64,000 nucleotides of DNA, taken from assembly GCA_965240325.2 (NCBI GenBank), contig OZ251228.1, positions 558,001-622,000 of the forward strand. Direction: 5' to 3'. Below, in pieces: positions 32,561 through 46,363 of the stretch (the first letter of the stretch is position 1; each line of letters begins with the position of its first letter). Both the position numbers and the translations under genes were made by a program. Source of the stretch: Rebecca billardiae RCC1528 (taxonomy: Eukaryota > Protista > Haptophyta). The notes below the pieces were generated by a model. The model did not search any database. It was not told the DNA's origin and saw only the letters and a list, made by a program, of their open reading frames with translations.

Positions 32561-33772
32561 ATGATCGTCGCCAGGCGCGGAGCGCTCGCGCTCGTGGCCG
32601 CGTGCGTGCTCAGCGCGGGAGCGGTCGAGGGTGTTCGGCATGCGACGGGCCCACGACGTGGCAGCTTGTTGCCGAAGCAGCAGGGCTCGCCGCTGTCGGC
32701 CTCGCGCGCACGCCCGTGGGCTGGCGTGTCGGCGAGCGCGCAGTCCGCCGCGCGCACAGCCGCGGGGGTGGCCATCGCCATCGGGCTGACGCTCAGCCCA
32801 CCGCCGCCCGCGGGCGCGCTCGATTCGCTCAAGGTGGGCGAGTGCGTGCTGCAGAACTGCGCCCTCCCGCTCGCGCGCTGCATCGCCGACGTCAACTGCG
32901 CGGCCAACCTCGTCTGCCTCAACCTGTGCAACGGCAAGCCCGACGAGACCGGGTGCGAGATCAAGTGCGGCGACCAGTTCGAGGACAAGGTGGTCGAGGC
33001 GTTCAACACGTGCGCCGTCTCGAACAAGAAGTGCGTGCCGCAGGAGCAAGACAAGGGGCAGTACCCCGTCCCGCCGCAGGGCGCGACCGTGCCAGAGTTT
33101 GACCTCAAGGACTTCACGGGCGTGTGGTACATCACCGCCGGGCAGAACCCGCTGTTCGACATCTTCCCGTGCCAGCGGCACGTCTTCTCAAACCCCGAGC
33201 CGGGCAAGCTGCGCGGCGACCTCGCGTGGCGCGTCAAGACGTCGTACGGCGTGCAGCTCGAGCGCAGCGCCGTGCAGGAGTTTGTGCAGGACAAGGAGGC
33301 GCCGGGCATCCTGTACAACCACGACAACGAATTCTTGCACTACCAGGACGACTGGTACGTGCTCGACTACAAGCCGGACGCGTACGCGCTGATCTACTAC
33401 CGCGGGCAGAACGACGCGTGGGACGGGTACGGCGGCGCGGTGCTGTACACGCGCGCGGCCAAGCTGCCGCGCGAGTACGTGCCTGCGCTCAAGGAGGCGT
33501 GCGCCAAGGTGCCCGGCCTGAGCTGGTCCGACTTCAAGCAGACGGACAACAGCTGCCCCAAGCTCGAGCAGGAGGTGCTCAAGGAGGAGCTTGAGAAGGA
33601 CGCGACGATCCTGCGCCTAGACATCGAGGAGCTCGAGAACGACGTCGAGGTCGGCCTCTTCGGCCTGCCGCGCGAGATCAACAAGGACCTGCAGATCATC
33701 GAGAAGGACGTGGAGGAGGAGGTGACCTTCATCGAGGGGCTGTTCGGCAAGCTCTTCTCGGGCGGCAAGTGA
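32561..33772 (+). CDS. VDE: Violaxanthin de-epoxidase (xanthophyll cycle), plastid lumen
   Basis: Cys-rich N-domain (CAANLVCLNLCNGKPDETGCEIKCGD...FNTCAVS.KKCVP), lipocalin core (WYITAGQNPLFDIFPCQ, ILYNHDNEFLHYQDDWY, YYRGQNDAWDGYGGAVLYTR) and Glu-rich tail. Signal + transit + lumenal signal. Confidence 0.96.
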   Translation: MIVARRGALALVAACVLSAGAVEGVRHATGPRRGSLLPKQQGSPLSASRARPWAGVSASAQSAARTAAGVAIAIGLTLSPPPPAGALDSLKVGECVLQNCALPLARCIADVNCAANLVCLNLCNGKPDETGCEIKCGDQFEDKVVEAFNTCAVSNKKCVPQEQDKGQYPVPPQGATVPEFDLKDFTGVWYITAGQNPLFDIFPCQRHVFSNPEPGKLRGDLAWRVKTSYGVQLERSAVQEFVQDKEAPGILYNHDNEFLHYQDDWYVLDYKPDAYALIYYRGQNDAWDGYGGAVLYTRAAKLPREYVPALKEACAKVPGLSWSDFKQTDNSCPKLEQEVLKEELEKDATILRLDIEELENDVEVGLFGLPREINKDLQIIEKDVEEEVTFIEGLFGKLFSGGK

Positions 33773-35554
33773 GCGGCGCCGGCCTCGCGCGGCGCCGGGG
33801 CGGCGCGATCCGAGCCCTCCGCACCGAGCGGCACACGCGGCGGACCGATCCACGCCCAGGCGCCGATTTTCAAGCTGATCGGACTGATACCTCCGGGACC
33901 GACTCAGCGGTCAGCGGCCGTCAGCGGGCGGAGCCCGTGAATACGTGATACAGGCTATATATATACCTCATCCGAGGCTCATAGCCGTATGATACACTAT
34001 AGTTATGTCTATCTATGACTGTTAGCGGCTCTGGTGACGCCGCGGGTCCGCGCCGTGATTCGGAACTGTACTCGCTGAACTAGCTGTGTCTGTTACGGCC
34101 GATATATGTACTCTAGCTAGTCCGATACGCGATGACTGGCGGCATGTACAGATTACAGTAGTGCGCTCCCGTACTCGGTACTGACACTAACTGAGTGCGT
34201 GAGGCGGCGGCGGATATAGCCCAATTCATTGGCCACGCTAGCGGTACCGTGAAAACTACGTGACTACTGATCGACAGTGAGTAGTGTCAGTGATGACGAG
34301 TCACTAAGTAATAATAATGCTGAGTAATGAGCGACCGCCATAAAGGCTGTCTTCATTGCTGTGTACTATCCCGCGAATAAAGCAGTAGGCTCTCAATACT
34401 AATATATATAAGACACCGGGACTAGGCAAATATTTAAGTAGCGACCAAACTCTGACTGAGTTGCCACTATACTGAATTGACTGATTACCGTGTCATAGAG
34501 TAGTTAGCGGTGAGTACTTTCGCCGAAGACACAGTAACTCTGGCTCGCTGCACTTCAATAACTTGCAGTCCGTGCGCGGCGGATATATCGGCTCAACAGG
34601 TCTGTCATCACCGACTACGGGCACATCCGCCACAGTCACACAGTGCACATCGCCATCGCCATCGGCCGATCGGGTCGTCTGGTCCGAGACCTCCGCGGTA
34701 GTTATACCGATATTGGCACACGGTAGCCGCACACTACACTCAGACTCGAAGACGGGCTCAAGTGCTAATACTCACAGTTGGCATCAGTTCGGACAGTGTC
34801 AGTGACAGTTTGACGGCGAACCTCAGTCACAGTGCGGCGGTTGCCAGCCGCCCAGCGGCTGACCGCCCCTGACGCCCGCCCAGCCGCCAGCGACAGCGTA
34901 ATGTGCAGCGGCTCAGCAGCGCGTTCACGGGTTGGCTAACCCGCTGCTCGGTGCGGTCGGCGGATTTAAGCTTACTCAGCCCGCTCCTAAGGCTCAGGCT
35001 GAATCATATCCGAGACTCAGTGAGTCAGTAGTCGAGTCCCGGGATCAGTATCTGAACGCCGCCAGTCTCACGGTCTCGGTGACTCTGTCACAGCTACTCT
35101 GTACTGTGTACAATAGCTACTGGCAGTATAGGCTTGGACCGCCGTGATTGGTATAGCCGCAGTATGTCAGTCGCAGCGGCTGCGGGAGACTATACGCTGA
35201 GCTCGGCTGAGGTATACTGATGAGTCTTAATGTCTATCATAGCTGAGGTTCAGGTTGCAGCTGTCTGCTGATGCCGGATGACTGAGTCACTGACGACTCG
35301 ACTTGACAGTGATGACGGTGCTTACGGTGAGTCGTGGCCCGGACTCGTGGCCGTGCGTCACCCGTCGACCCCGCGCCGCGCCGGCGGGCGCCCCGGCGAA
35401 GGCGGCGGCGGGAGGGCGCGGCGCAAGCGTGCGAGAGTGAAGCGGTTCGTCCCGCCGTCGAGACGCGAAGCCGATTATTGCGCTTGCATCTTTCCAACAA
35501 GTCGTTGGTTGCCGGCGCGCGCGTGAGGTGCCCACGGGGCCGGGCGTCTGACCG

Positions 35555-37803
35555 ATGGGGCGGAAGAAGGAGAAGGCCGCCGCTGAGGCGGTTGCAAAGA
35601 TGAACGCCGAGCTCGACGCGGAGACGGCGCCCGACCTCGACGAGGCCGCCGCGCGCGACGCGCGTCCGGCGGCCATGGGCAAGGGCGAGGAGCAGCTCTT
35701 CGAGAAGAAGCTGTCAAAGGAGGAGAAGAAGGCGCTGATGGCTGCGAAGAAGGCGGAGCGCGAGGCAAAGAAGCGCGCCGAGCGCGGCGAGCCCGTCGAG
35801 CCGCCGCCGCCGCCTTCCGACGCGTCCGAGAGCGCCGGCGCCGCCAAGGATGGCTCGTCGGCCGCGGCGGCTGCGGCGGAGGGGGAGGAGGAGGCGCCCT
35901 TCTTCGAGCGCACGGGGCAGAACGCGGCGTACCGGCAGAACCTGAACATGGACTTCTGCATCACCGGCATCCAGCTCTTCGCGGGCAGGTCGGAGCTCAT
36001 CTCCAACGGCACGCTGCAGCTTGTCTACGGAACCAAGTACGGGCTGGTGGGCCGGAACGGTGTTGGCAAGAGCACGCTGCTGCGCTCGCTGAGCCGCGGG
36101 GTGATCAAGCTGCCCGCGTTCCTGCACATCGTGCACGTGGAGCAGGAGATCGTGGGCGGCGACGAGACCGCGCTGCAGGCCGTCGTGCGCGCCGACCGCG
36201 AGCGCGAGTGGCTGCTGGCGCGCGCGCACGAGCTTGAACACGCCGACGACGAGACGGCCGAGGCGAGGGAAGAGGAGGAGGGCGTGTCGCTGACGGAGGT
36301 GTACGAGCGGCTCGAGGAGCTGGACTCGGACAACGCCGAGGCGCGCGCGGCCACGCTCCTCTCCGGCCTCGGCTTCGACGTCGAGATGCAGAACAAGCCG
36401 ACGCGCGCGTACTCAGGCGGGTGGCGCATGCGCATCGCGCTCGCCCAGGCGCTGTTCGTGATGCCTGACCTCCTCCTGCTCGACGAGCCGACGAACCACC
36501 TGGACGTGCACGCGCTGACGTGGCTGCAGGCGTTCCTGCGCTCGTGGGAGAAGACCGTGCTCATCGTCTCGCACGACCGCGGCTTCCTCAACCACACCAC
36601 CACCAAGACCATCCACCTGCACCGCAAGCGGCTTTTCTACTACGGCGGCAACTACGACACGTTCGTCAAGGTGCGCGCGGAGCACCGCACGCACCAGTCG
36701 GCCGAGAGCAAGATCCACGACCGGAAGGTGGCGCACATCAAGCAGTTCATCGCGCGGTTCGGCCAGGGGCACAAGAAGATGGCCAAGCAGGCGCAGTCGC
36801 GCATGAAGCAGCTCTCGAGGCTGCAGGACGAGGCGACGGAGCTCGACTTCGATGACCCCTATCTCAAGCTCGAGTTCCCGTCGGCGACGCGGCTGCCGCC
36901 GCCGTGCATCTCCGTGACCGAGGTGAGCTTCGGGTACTCGGTGGACGGCGCGCCGCCGCAGATCCTGTACGAGAAGCTCAACTTCGGCGTGGACATGGAC
37001 TCGCGCGTCGCGGTGATCGGCCCTAACGGTGCGGGCAAGTCGACTTTCCTCAAGCTGCTGGACGGGGAGCTCAACCCAGTCGAAGGGCACGTCGGACGGT
37101 GCGGCTGAGCGCGCGCGCGCGGCCCGCCGCCACCGCCGCCGCCGCGGCCGCTGCCGCCGCCGCCGGGCGAGAAGGAGCGGCGGCCGGGCACGCCTCCGCG
37201 CGGGGGAGCCTTTCGCGCGTGCACGCGCGCGCGGACGCGCGGGCGGGCGTGTGCGTGGGCCTGTGTGTGGAGCTGGACGCGCACTGGCGCCGCGGCCGAA
37301 AGCGACGGCACGCGCAGCAGCGCGGCGCACCGCGCACGCGCGCGCGCCCACCATCGTTCGCCCGCCCCCGCCCTCCGCCGCAGGCACGCCAAGCTGCGGC
37401 TGGCGCGCTTCACGCAGCACCACCTCGAGATGATGGACGTGACCAACAACTCTGTGGAACACATGCGCTCGCTCGACGAGGACGTGAGCGTGGAAGAGGT
37501 GCGGGCGCGGCGGCGGCGCGCGGCGGCGGCCCACACCGCGGCGGCGCGCGGCCGGCACACGCGCCACGCGCCCCTCGCGCGCTGCGCGCGCGCACACCGC
37601 GCGGCCCCGCGGCCTCACCCCACGTGCCGCTCCCCCCCCCTCGCGCGCGTGCCATGCTGCGCCCACCTCCGCGCCAGGCGCGCAAGTACCTCGGCCGCTT
37701 CGGGCTGTCGGGCGACCTGGCGCTGCAGCCGGTCGAGGTGCTGTCAGGCGGGCAGAAGTCTCGGCTCGCGTTCGCCGAGCTCGCGTACAGGCAGCCGCAC
37801 ATC

Positions 37804-37840
<37 letters not shown>

Positions 37841-38088
37841 AGACGATCGAGGCGCTGGCGATGGCGCTGAACGCGTTCGAGGGCGGTGTCGTCTTCGTCT
37901 CGCACGACGAGCGGCTGATCGAGCTCGTCGCGGACGAGCTGTGGGTGGTGAACAAGGGCGAGAAGGGGCGGCCGGGCACCGTCACCGTCTTCAACGGCTC
38001 GTTCGAGGAGTACAAGGAGATGCTCGAGAACGAGTTCAACGCGGGGGTGAGCGGCAAGGGCGCCGCCAGCAAGCAGCAGCGGCGATGA
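35555..38088 (+). CDS. ABC-F family ATPase (GCN20/ABCF-like); introns 37099-37383 and 37499-37677
   Basis: Two NBDs (GRNGVGKST, YSGGWRMR, LLLDEPTNHLD; GPNGAGKST, LSGGQKSR, LLLDEPTNHLD) and no TM domain. Confidence 0.93.
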
Positions 38089-38298
38089 CAGCATGCATGT
38101 CTGAGTTGTGACGACGATGTGCTGTACTACTGGCTGTAGCTATGTGCGGACGACTTATATATGATGACTAGATGTTAGTGAGATTCAAGTGACGATCGAC
38201 TGTACTGTAACTGATGAGCAGCTATAGTACTGTCTACTAGTAGTCAGCTCATAGCAGCCGCGATTCAGTCATCACTCATATCGCTCACGCGCGCGCAT

Positions 38299-38347
<49 letters not shown>
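38299..38347. repeat. (TA)n microsatellite in AT-rich convergent intergenic spacer
   Basis: Direct reading; similar tracts near 3530-3580, 18896-18913 and 58790-58815. Confidence 0.9.
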
Positions 38348-38876
38348 TAAATAATATAATAAAATGCTAATAGATAATATTATTATTTATTATTAATACG
38401 CGCGACATCAGCAGCGACGCTATCGATGATATTGAGTAGTAATATTTGAGTATTGACAACTGTCAACTCACTAAACTGTCGTACAGCGGTTCTCAGCCGT
38501 CAGACGACAGCTGTGATGCCTGATCAGCATATCTTCGTCTGCTGTATAGCTTGGCAACATGCTGCGCTGATGATGAGTAGAATCATTCGTCATGATATCT
38601 CGTCGAAAATTGTATAGTGAATCGTCATCAATAAATCGTACTCGTAGTAGTGCACATCAGTCGTCTGCGTAGCGGGTCTCGTGGGTCTCGCGGCGCACTC
38701 GGGACTCGGGGGCATGCCACGCCGACGCGCTGAGGCTGCGCACGCCGCTGCGGCCTCCTGGCCCAGCAGTGAGCAGTGGCAGAGCGCCGCTGCCGCGCGG
38801 CGCGTTGGCGTTGGCGAGCCGCGGCGTGCGCCGCAGAGGGCACGCCATCCTGAGGCGGCGGCGCGTGCCGCCTGCG

Positions 38877-41233
<2,357 letters not shown>

Positions 41234-41418
41234 CTAAGCCGGCTGGTGGCGTCCACCACCACGGCCTTTGCCCCGAAATGAACGATGGTGGCAAAGGAGA
41301 TCACATCTCGGGCTGTGCGCCACGGCCGGGGCAGCGGTCGTAGCGGCTGACGAATCATTCGTCAACGCCCTTGTTGATTTTCGAATTTCGTCCGAAACTC
41401 ACTAAACGCGGCCGAGCG

Positions 41419-43143
41419 ATGGCGGCCCGTCCGCGCGGCGCCGCGGCGGAGCTCGAGGCGCAGGTGGCCCTGGCGTGGGAGGACTTCCTCCGCCATCGGT
41501 ACGCCGTGGCCGCGCGGCGGGCGCGCAACGCCCTCGCCACGCCCCCGGCCCACCCCGGCCCGGCCGCGCGCGACGCCGACGCGCACGTGATGCGCGCCGA
41601 TCTCCTGTACATTCTAGGCGCGACGAGCGCCAACGACCAGCGCGCGCTCGAGGAGGCGCTCGGCGAGTACGACGCCTACCTCGCGCTGGACCCGACGAAT
41701 CTGAGCGCCGCGCGCATGCGCGCCGAGACGCTGCTGCGCCTCAACCGCTACGAGGACGCGTTCGCGTCGTTTGCGCGGCTCGCGGCCGAGACGCACGCGC
41801 GCCGGGACGTGCGCGCGCTCGAGGTGGCGCCGTTCCAGCTGAGGCACGAGGCGGGCCGGCTGGAGTACCTGCGCTTGGAGCAGCTCCTGCCCGCGCACGA
41901 CGCGGAGCGCGCCACATCCGTCGCCGCCGAGCTGCGCACGCTCGCCGACACGCTCAGCGCGAGCGGCGCGAGTGGCGGCGCCGCTGACCCGCATGGCCGC
42001 GTGGCGATTGGCGAGCTGGCGGCGTCGCAGCGCGAAGCGCTCGCGCGCCTCCTCGGCGACGCGCTGCTCGCGCCCTCGCCCGATCCGCCGCCCGCGCTCC
42101 CGCTCGACACCCTGCCCACCCTCCGAGCCGACCTCGACTGGGCGGCCGCGCGGCGCGCGTACGCTCGCGACTCGCTCGTCGTCGTCGACGGGCTGCTGAG
42201 CGAAGCGGCGCTGTCCGAGCTGCAGGCGCACGTGCGCGAGTCGGCGAGCTTCCGCACGATGCGCGCGGGCTTCCTCGGCGCGTTCCCCGCCGACGGCCCG
42301 GCGCACCCGCGCGTGCTCGCGTGCGTGCGCGAGCTCGAGGCCGCGCTCGGTGCGGACGTCCTGGGAAGGGCTAGCGGAGGGTTGCCGCCGCCGGGCGGCG
42401 CGCACGGCGCGGCAGGAGCGGCTCGGCTCCGGCCGAGGCACCCGCTTGCGCTCTGGTGGTTCTTCAAGTACCCCGGCGCCGCGCGCGGCGCGGACGGGAC
42501 GGCGGCGGGGATCGGCATCCACGCCGACGCGGCCGCGGTCAACGTGAACGTCTGGATCACCACCGACAGCGCGCGAGAGTCGGGCGGCGGGCTGCTGGTG
42601 TACTCACCCGTGCCCCGCGCGGCGGGCAGCCGCGCGGCGGCGCACAACCGCGAGTTTGGGAGCGAGGCGGAGGAGGCGGCGCTGCGCGCGCAGCTCGAGG
42701 CGGGCGGGCGGGTGCAGCGCGTGCCGTACCGGTGCAACCGCGCGGTCATCTTCAAGTCCGACCGCTACCACGAGACGGAGCCGTTTGTCTTCAGGGACGG
42801 GCACGCGCACCACCGCGCAAACCTGACGCTGCTCTTCGGCGACAGGTGCGACGCGGAGGGCGCGGGCGAGGCGACGGCGGCGCAGGCGGTGGCGAACGCC
42901 GCTACTGGCGAGAACGGCCGCGCTCGCACGCTGCCGCGGGACGGCAACGACGGGACCAATGCTCAGGGGGCCACGCCGGCCGATTCTCGCGGTGCGCCCG
43001 GCGGCAGAGCGGGGCCACCTGGTGAGGGCGCAGCGGCAGCATCTGGGGACGAACCTCACGAGGACAGTGCCGCCAAACCGAGGCCATCCGCTTCGGAGGC
43101 GGACGGGCATGCCCCCGCACACGGCTGGTCGGTGTTCGACTGA
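41419..43143 (+). CDS. TPR-repeat + 2OG-Fe(II) oxygenase-like protein
   Basis: TPR-like EEALGEYDAYLALDPTNLSAARMRAETLLRLNRYEDA. HxD (GIHADAAAVNVNVWIT), distal His (RAVIFKSDRYHET) and Arg (HRANLTLLF). Confidence 0.72.
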   Translation: MAARPRGAAAELEAQVALAWEDFLRHRYAVAARRARNALATPPAHPGPAARDADAHVMRADLLYILGATSANDQRALEEALGEYDAYLALDPTNLSAARMRAETLLRLNRYEDAFASFARLAAETHARRDVRALEVAPFQLRHEAGRLEYLRLEQLLPAHDAERATSVAAELRTLADTLSASGASGGAADPHGRVAIGELAASQREALARLLGDALLAPSPDPPPALPLDTLPTLRADLDWAAARRAYARDSLVVVDGLLSEAALSELQAHVRESASFRTMRAGFLGAFPADGPAHPRVLACVRELEAALGADVLGRASGGLPPPGGAHGAAGAARLRPRHPLALWWFFKYPGAARGADGTAAGIGIHADAAAVNVNVWITTDSARESGGGLLVYSPVPRAAGSRAAAHNREFGSEAEEAALRAQLEAGGRVQRVPYRCNRAVIFKSDRYHETEPFVFRDGHAHHRANLTLLFGDRCDAEGAGEATAAQAVANAATGENGRARTLPRDGNDGTNAQGATPADSRGAPGGRAGPPGEGAAAASGDEPHEDSAAKPRPSASEADGHAPAHGWSVFD

Positions 43144-43459
43144 GCGTGACACTGATGGATCCCTGGGATGACGATATGACTGCCTGACGAGTGACGGACG
43201 ACGAGATGGATCCCTGGGATATGAACAAGTGCCTCACAAGGGCCTGCGCTCATATTATTACTTTATGAGCAGCCCTCATTCGATATCTGATGAAGATCGT
43301 AGCAGCAGTAGTCGATCCAATAACTAATAATAAGCTACTGCTCGTCGATCATATTCATCAACGATATATCGCGTCGTATCGATAATCACAGCAGCACTCA
43401 TCGCGTCGTCGTCACTCGCATCAGACTCGTCCGAGAGCGCCGCCCTCCTGCGCAGCGAT

Positions 43460-44350
43460 GAGCACTGCACGCGCGCCCGCAGCTGCTGCCTGCCGCTTGC
43501 GCGCGCGGCCAGCCGCATCGGTCCCAGCGCAGATGTTGTGCAGCGCTCAGCACCCATACTGCTGCACGCCCGCGTGCGCAGCGTGTGCGCCCATCGCGCC
43601 CACCACCGCGCCGAGAGCGCCAGCCTCCGCCGCCTGCTGCTTGCGCGCGATGCTAGCCGCGTCGGTGCCCCAGCAGATAATGTGCAGCGCTGCGCACGCC
43701 TGCTCCTGCACGCCCGCGTGCGCAGTGTGTGCGCCCATCGCGCTCACCACCGCGCCGAGTGCACCCGCCTCGGCCACCTGCTGCGCGCGCGCGCGCCCAG
43801 CCGCATCGTCACCAGCGCAGATGTTGCGCAGCGCCGCGCACGCCTGCTCCTGCACGCCCGCGTGCGCAGCGTGTGCGCGCATCGCGCCCACCACCGCGCC
43901 GAGAGCGCCTGCCTCGGCCGCCTGCTGCGCGCGCGCGCGCCCAGCCGCATCGTCACCAGCGCAGATGTTGCGCAGCGCCGCGCACGCCTGCTCCTGCACG
44001 CCCGCGTGCGCAGCGTGTGCGCGCATCGCGCCCACCACCGCGCCGAGAGCGCCTGCCTCGGCCGCCTGCTGCTTGCGCGTGTGGCCAGCCGCATCGGCCC
44101 CAGCGCAGATGTTGCGCAGCGCCCAGCACGCCTGCTCCTGCACGCCCGCGTGCGCAGCGTGCGCGCCCATCGCGCCCACCACCGCGCTGAGTGCGCCCGC
44201 CTCGGCCGCCTGCTGCTTGCGCGCGTGGCCAGCCGCATCGGTGCCAGCGCAGATGTTGCACAGCGCCCAGCACGCCTGCTCCTGCACGCCCGCGTGCGCC
44301 GTGTGCGCGCTCATCGCGCCCACCACCGCGCCGAGCGCGCCCGCCTCAGA
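43460..44350 (-). repeat. Six-plus tandem 144-bp coding repeats (ARM-like)
   Basis: GCAGAT anchor recurs at 43529, 43673, 43817, 43961, 44105 and 44249 (period 144). Confidence 0.92.
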
Positions 44351-46363
44351 GGCATCATGCCTCGTAGCTTTGCTGGCTCCAGATGCCGTCCGCGTCACAG
44401 CCACTCTCAGCGCGCACTCGGCTGCGGCAGGATCGGAGGCGGTGCGGATGGCCGTGCATAGCTCCGCCCAGCCCATCGCTGCCAGCTCTGCCTCTCCGCG
44501 CACAGCAGCTGCAGCGGGGCCTGCCGCCGCTGCAGCTGGCGACTTGGGCGGTGACGGCCGTGCAGCCATGTGCGGAGCGGTGTGCGCGGCCGCGCCGCCA
44601 GCAGGCGCCAGCTCTGCACCAGCTGCGTCGTCAGCGCCCTCGCACTCCATCAGGGGCTCAGACGCGCTGGGCGGCGTTGCCTCAGTGCGCACAGCAGCAG
44701 CGGCGCGTGCTGCTTCCGCGGCTGCGCTCTCAAGCGTGGCCACGAGGTCGGAGGCGCTCGGGCGGAGCGCGGCCTTCTTGTTGAGGCAGCTCTTCGCCAG
44801 CTCGCGCACTTCCGCGGGCGTCTCATCTGGCAGCCGAGGCCGCGCCCGTCCGCTCGGCTGCTGCTGCGTGAGCAGCTCCCCAACGAGCACGCCGAAGCTG
44901 TAGATGTCCGCCTTCTCGTTCGCCTTGCGCCCAGCCTTCACCTCCGGCGCCGCATATTCTGGCGTGTGCCCTCGCGCCGTCACGCGCGAGCCCAGCTTGG
45001 TGCGCGCCACCCCCACATCGGCGAGCTTGGCCAGGCTGTAGTCCTCGATGAGGAGGACGTTCTCCGGCTTGACGTCGTAGTGCACCACAGGCGGCTCGAG
45101 CGTGTGCAGGTAGTGCAGCGCGTACGCCACGTGCAGCGCGATGCGCCCGCCCGCGGCCGCCCAGGCCACGCGCGTCGGGTCCTTCTCGAGCGCGCTGCTC
45201 AGGCTGCCGCCGTGCATGCGCTCGGTGACGATGATCAAGTTGTCCGGGTCGTCTCCGCACGCGCCGTAGAAGAGCACGATGTGCGGGTGGCGCAGCTGGT
45301 GCAGAATCGCCACCTCGCGCTCGAACTCGCTGCGCGCAACGGCGCCAGCGGCGTTCAGCCGCTTGATCGCGACGGGCTGCGCCACCTTCAGCCGGCCCGC
45401 GTACACACGCCCCGAGCTGCCGCTGCCAAGCAGCACCTTGGCGCCGTCCGCGCGGCGCTCGTACACGACGTCGCTGGAGCGCACGTGCCACTGCGGACGC
45501 GGCGATGGCGCGGGCAGGCTCTGGATGCCGTCTTCGCGCTCCTCCGATTCGCCAGCGCCGCGCTCGGGCAGCACGCAGTAGCGCTTGCGGCCCTTCTTGC
45601 CCTCGTGCTGGTGGATCTCGCCCGGCTTGTCCATCAAGTCGACGATGTGCGCGCTGCCGTAGACGTGCACCACGTTCCACGCGTGCGCCTCGGCGGACGT
45701 GGCTCCGGACAAGTCGCCGCGCAACAGCGCGCACTCGATGCCCACCGCGTCGCACAGCACCTTGAAGAGCAGCGCGCGGTGCCGGCACACGCCGTGCGAG
45801 ATGTCGCCGAGCGGCACGAGCATCGAGCCCTTCGCCTGCACGAGCGCGTTGATCTCGCGCTTGCACTTCTCGTCGAGGTCGCGAGGCAAGCCCCCGAGCC
45901 AGTTGGACACGAGCGAGCCCAGTCGCTTGATGCGATCGCGCTTGTCCGTGATTGGCTGCAGCACCGCGCGTGCTCGTTCGACGCGATCGCGTAGGCACTT
46001 GTCGACGCGCGCGTCGACCAAAAGCACCTCGCGGTCGACGGCGGCGTCTGGCGGGCGGCACACGAGAGCCTTTGGCAAAGGCATCGCACGCGCATCCGCC
46101 ATCCGGCCGGGGTCGACGAAGCCGTCGCCCACGCGCGTGTCGAAGCCGAGCTTGTGCTCGTTGAAGTACCGCTCGGAGCTGGGCGCGAGGGGCAGCGCGA
46201 GCACGCGGTTGAGCCCGACCTCGCGGATCGCGCTGCCCAGCGTGAGTATGACACGATCGTCGATGCACTCCCTTACGCGCGCACGGCTGCCATCCGCCGC
46301 GGCGCCGCTACCAAAGATCATCACCTCCTCCCCGACGAGGCTGGGCGCGGTGGACGGCATCAT
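43547..46363 (-). CDS. EDR1-domain + TKL protein kinase + C-terminal armadillo-like repeats
   Basis: EDR1 motifs GVCRHRALLFKVLCD, HAWN and IVDLM. Kinase motifs LGSGSSGRV, VAIK, HYDVKPEN, DVG and YAAPE. 48-aa repeats AGALGAVVGAM..H..HAGVQEQAC.AL.NI. Confidence 0.85.
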   Translation of the reverse strand: MMPSTAPSLVGEEVMIFGSGAAADGSRARVRECIDDRVILTLGSAIREVGLNRVLALPLAPSSERYFNEHKLGFDTRVGDGFVDPGRMADARAMPLPKALVCRPPDAAVDREVLLVDARVDKCLRDRVERARAVLQPITDKRDRIKRLGSLVSNWLGGLPRDLDEKCKREINALVQAKGSMLVPLGDISHGVCRHRALLFKVLCDAVGIECALLRGDLSGATSAEAHAWNVVHVYGSAHIVDLMDKPGEIHQHEGKKGRKRYCVLPERGAGESEEREDGIQSLPAPSPRPQWHVRSSDVVYERRADGAKVLLGSGSSGRVYAGRLKVAQPVAIKRLNAAGAVARSEFEREVAILHQLRHPHIVLFYGACGDDPDNLIIVTERMHGGSLSSALEKDPTRVAWAAAGGRIALHVAYALHYLHTLEPPVVHYDVKPENVLLIEDYSLAKLADVGVARTKLGSRVTARGHTPEYAAPEVKAGRKANEKADIYSFGVLVGELLTQQQPSGRARPRLPDETPAEVRELAKSCLNKKAALRPSASDLVATLESAAAEAARAAAAVRTEATPPSASEPLMECEGADDAAGAELAPAGGAAAHTAPHMAARPSPPKSPAAAAAGPAAAAVRGEAELAAMGWAELCTAIRTASDPAAAECALRVAVTRTASGASKATRHDASEAGALGAVVGAMSAHTAHAGVQEQACWALCNICAGTDAAGHARKQQAAEAGALSAVVGAMGAHAAHAGVQEQACWALRNICAGADAAGHTRKQQAAEAGALGAVVGAMRAHAAHAGVQEQACAALRNICAGDDAAGRARAQQAAEAGALGAVVGAMRAHAAHAGVQEQACAALRNICAGDDAAGRARAQQVAEAGALGAVVSAMGAHTAHAGVQEQACAALHIICWGTDAASIARKQQAAEAGALGAVVGAMGAHAAHAGVQQYGC

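Noticed and set aside
33900-35350. Long intergenic region rich in TGAGTCA/ACTGAC-like words, considered as ncRNA or TE
   Set aside because: No TIR, TSD, tRNA/snRNA signature or credible ORF was found; similar texture occurs in other spacers.
43154-43224. Short direct repeat GATGGATCCCTGGGAT x2
   Set aside because: Only two copies in a 3' UTR region; no evidence of function.
43547-43549. Selenocysteine interpretation of the in-frame TGA
   Set aside because: The aligned residues in sister repeats are Trp/Ala, not Cys, and I could not identify a SECIS element.
43460-44350. Regular repeats resembling a CRISPR array
   Set aside because: Contiguous 144-bp in-frame coding units with no unique spacers and no cas genes, in a eukaryotic context.
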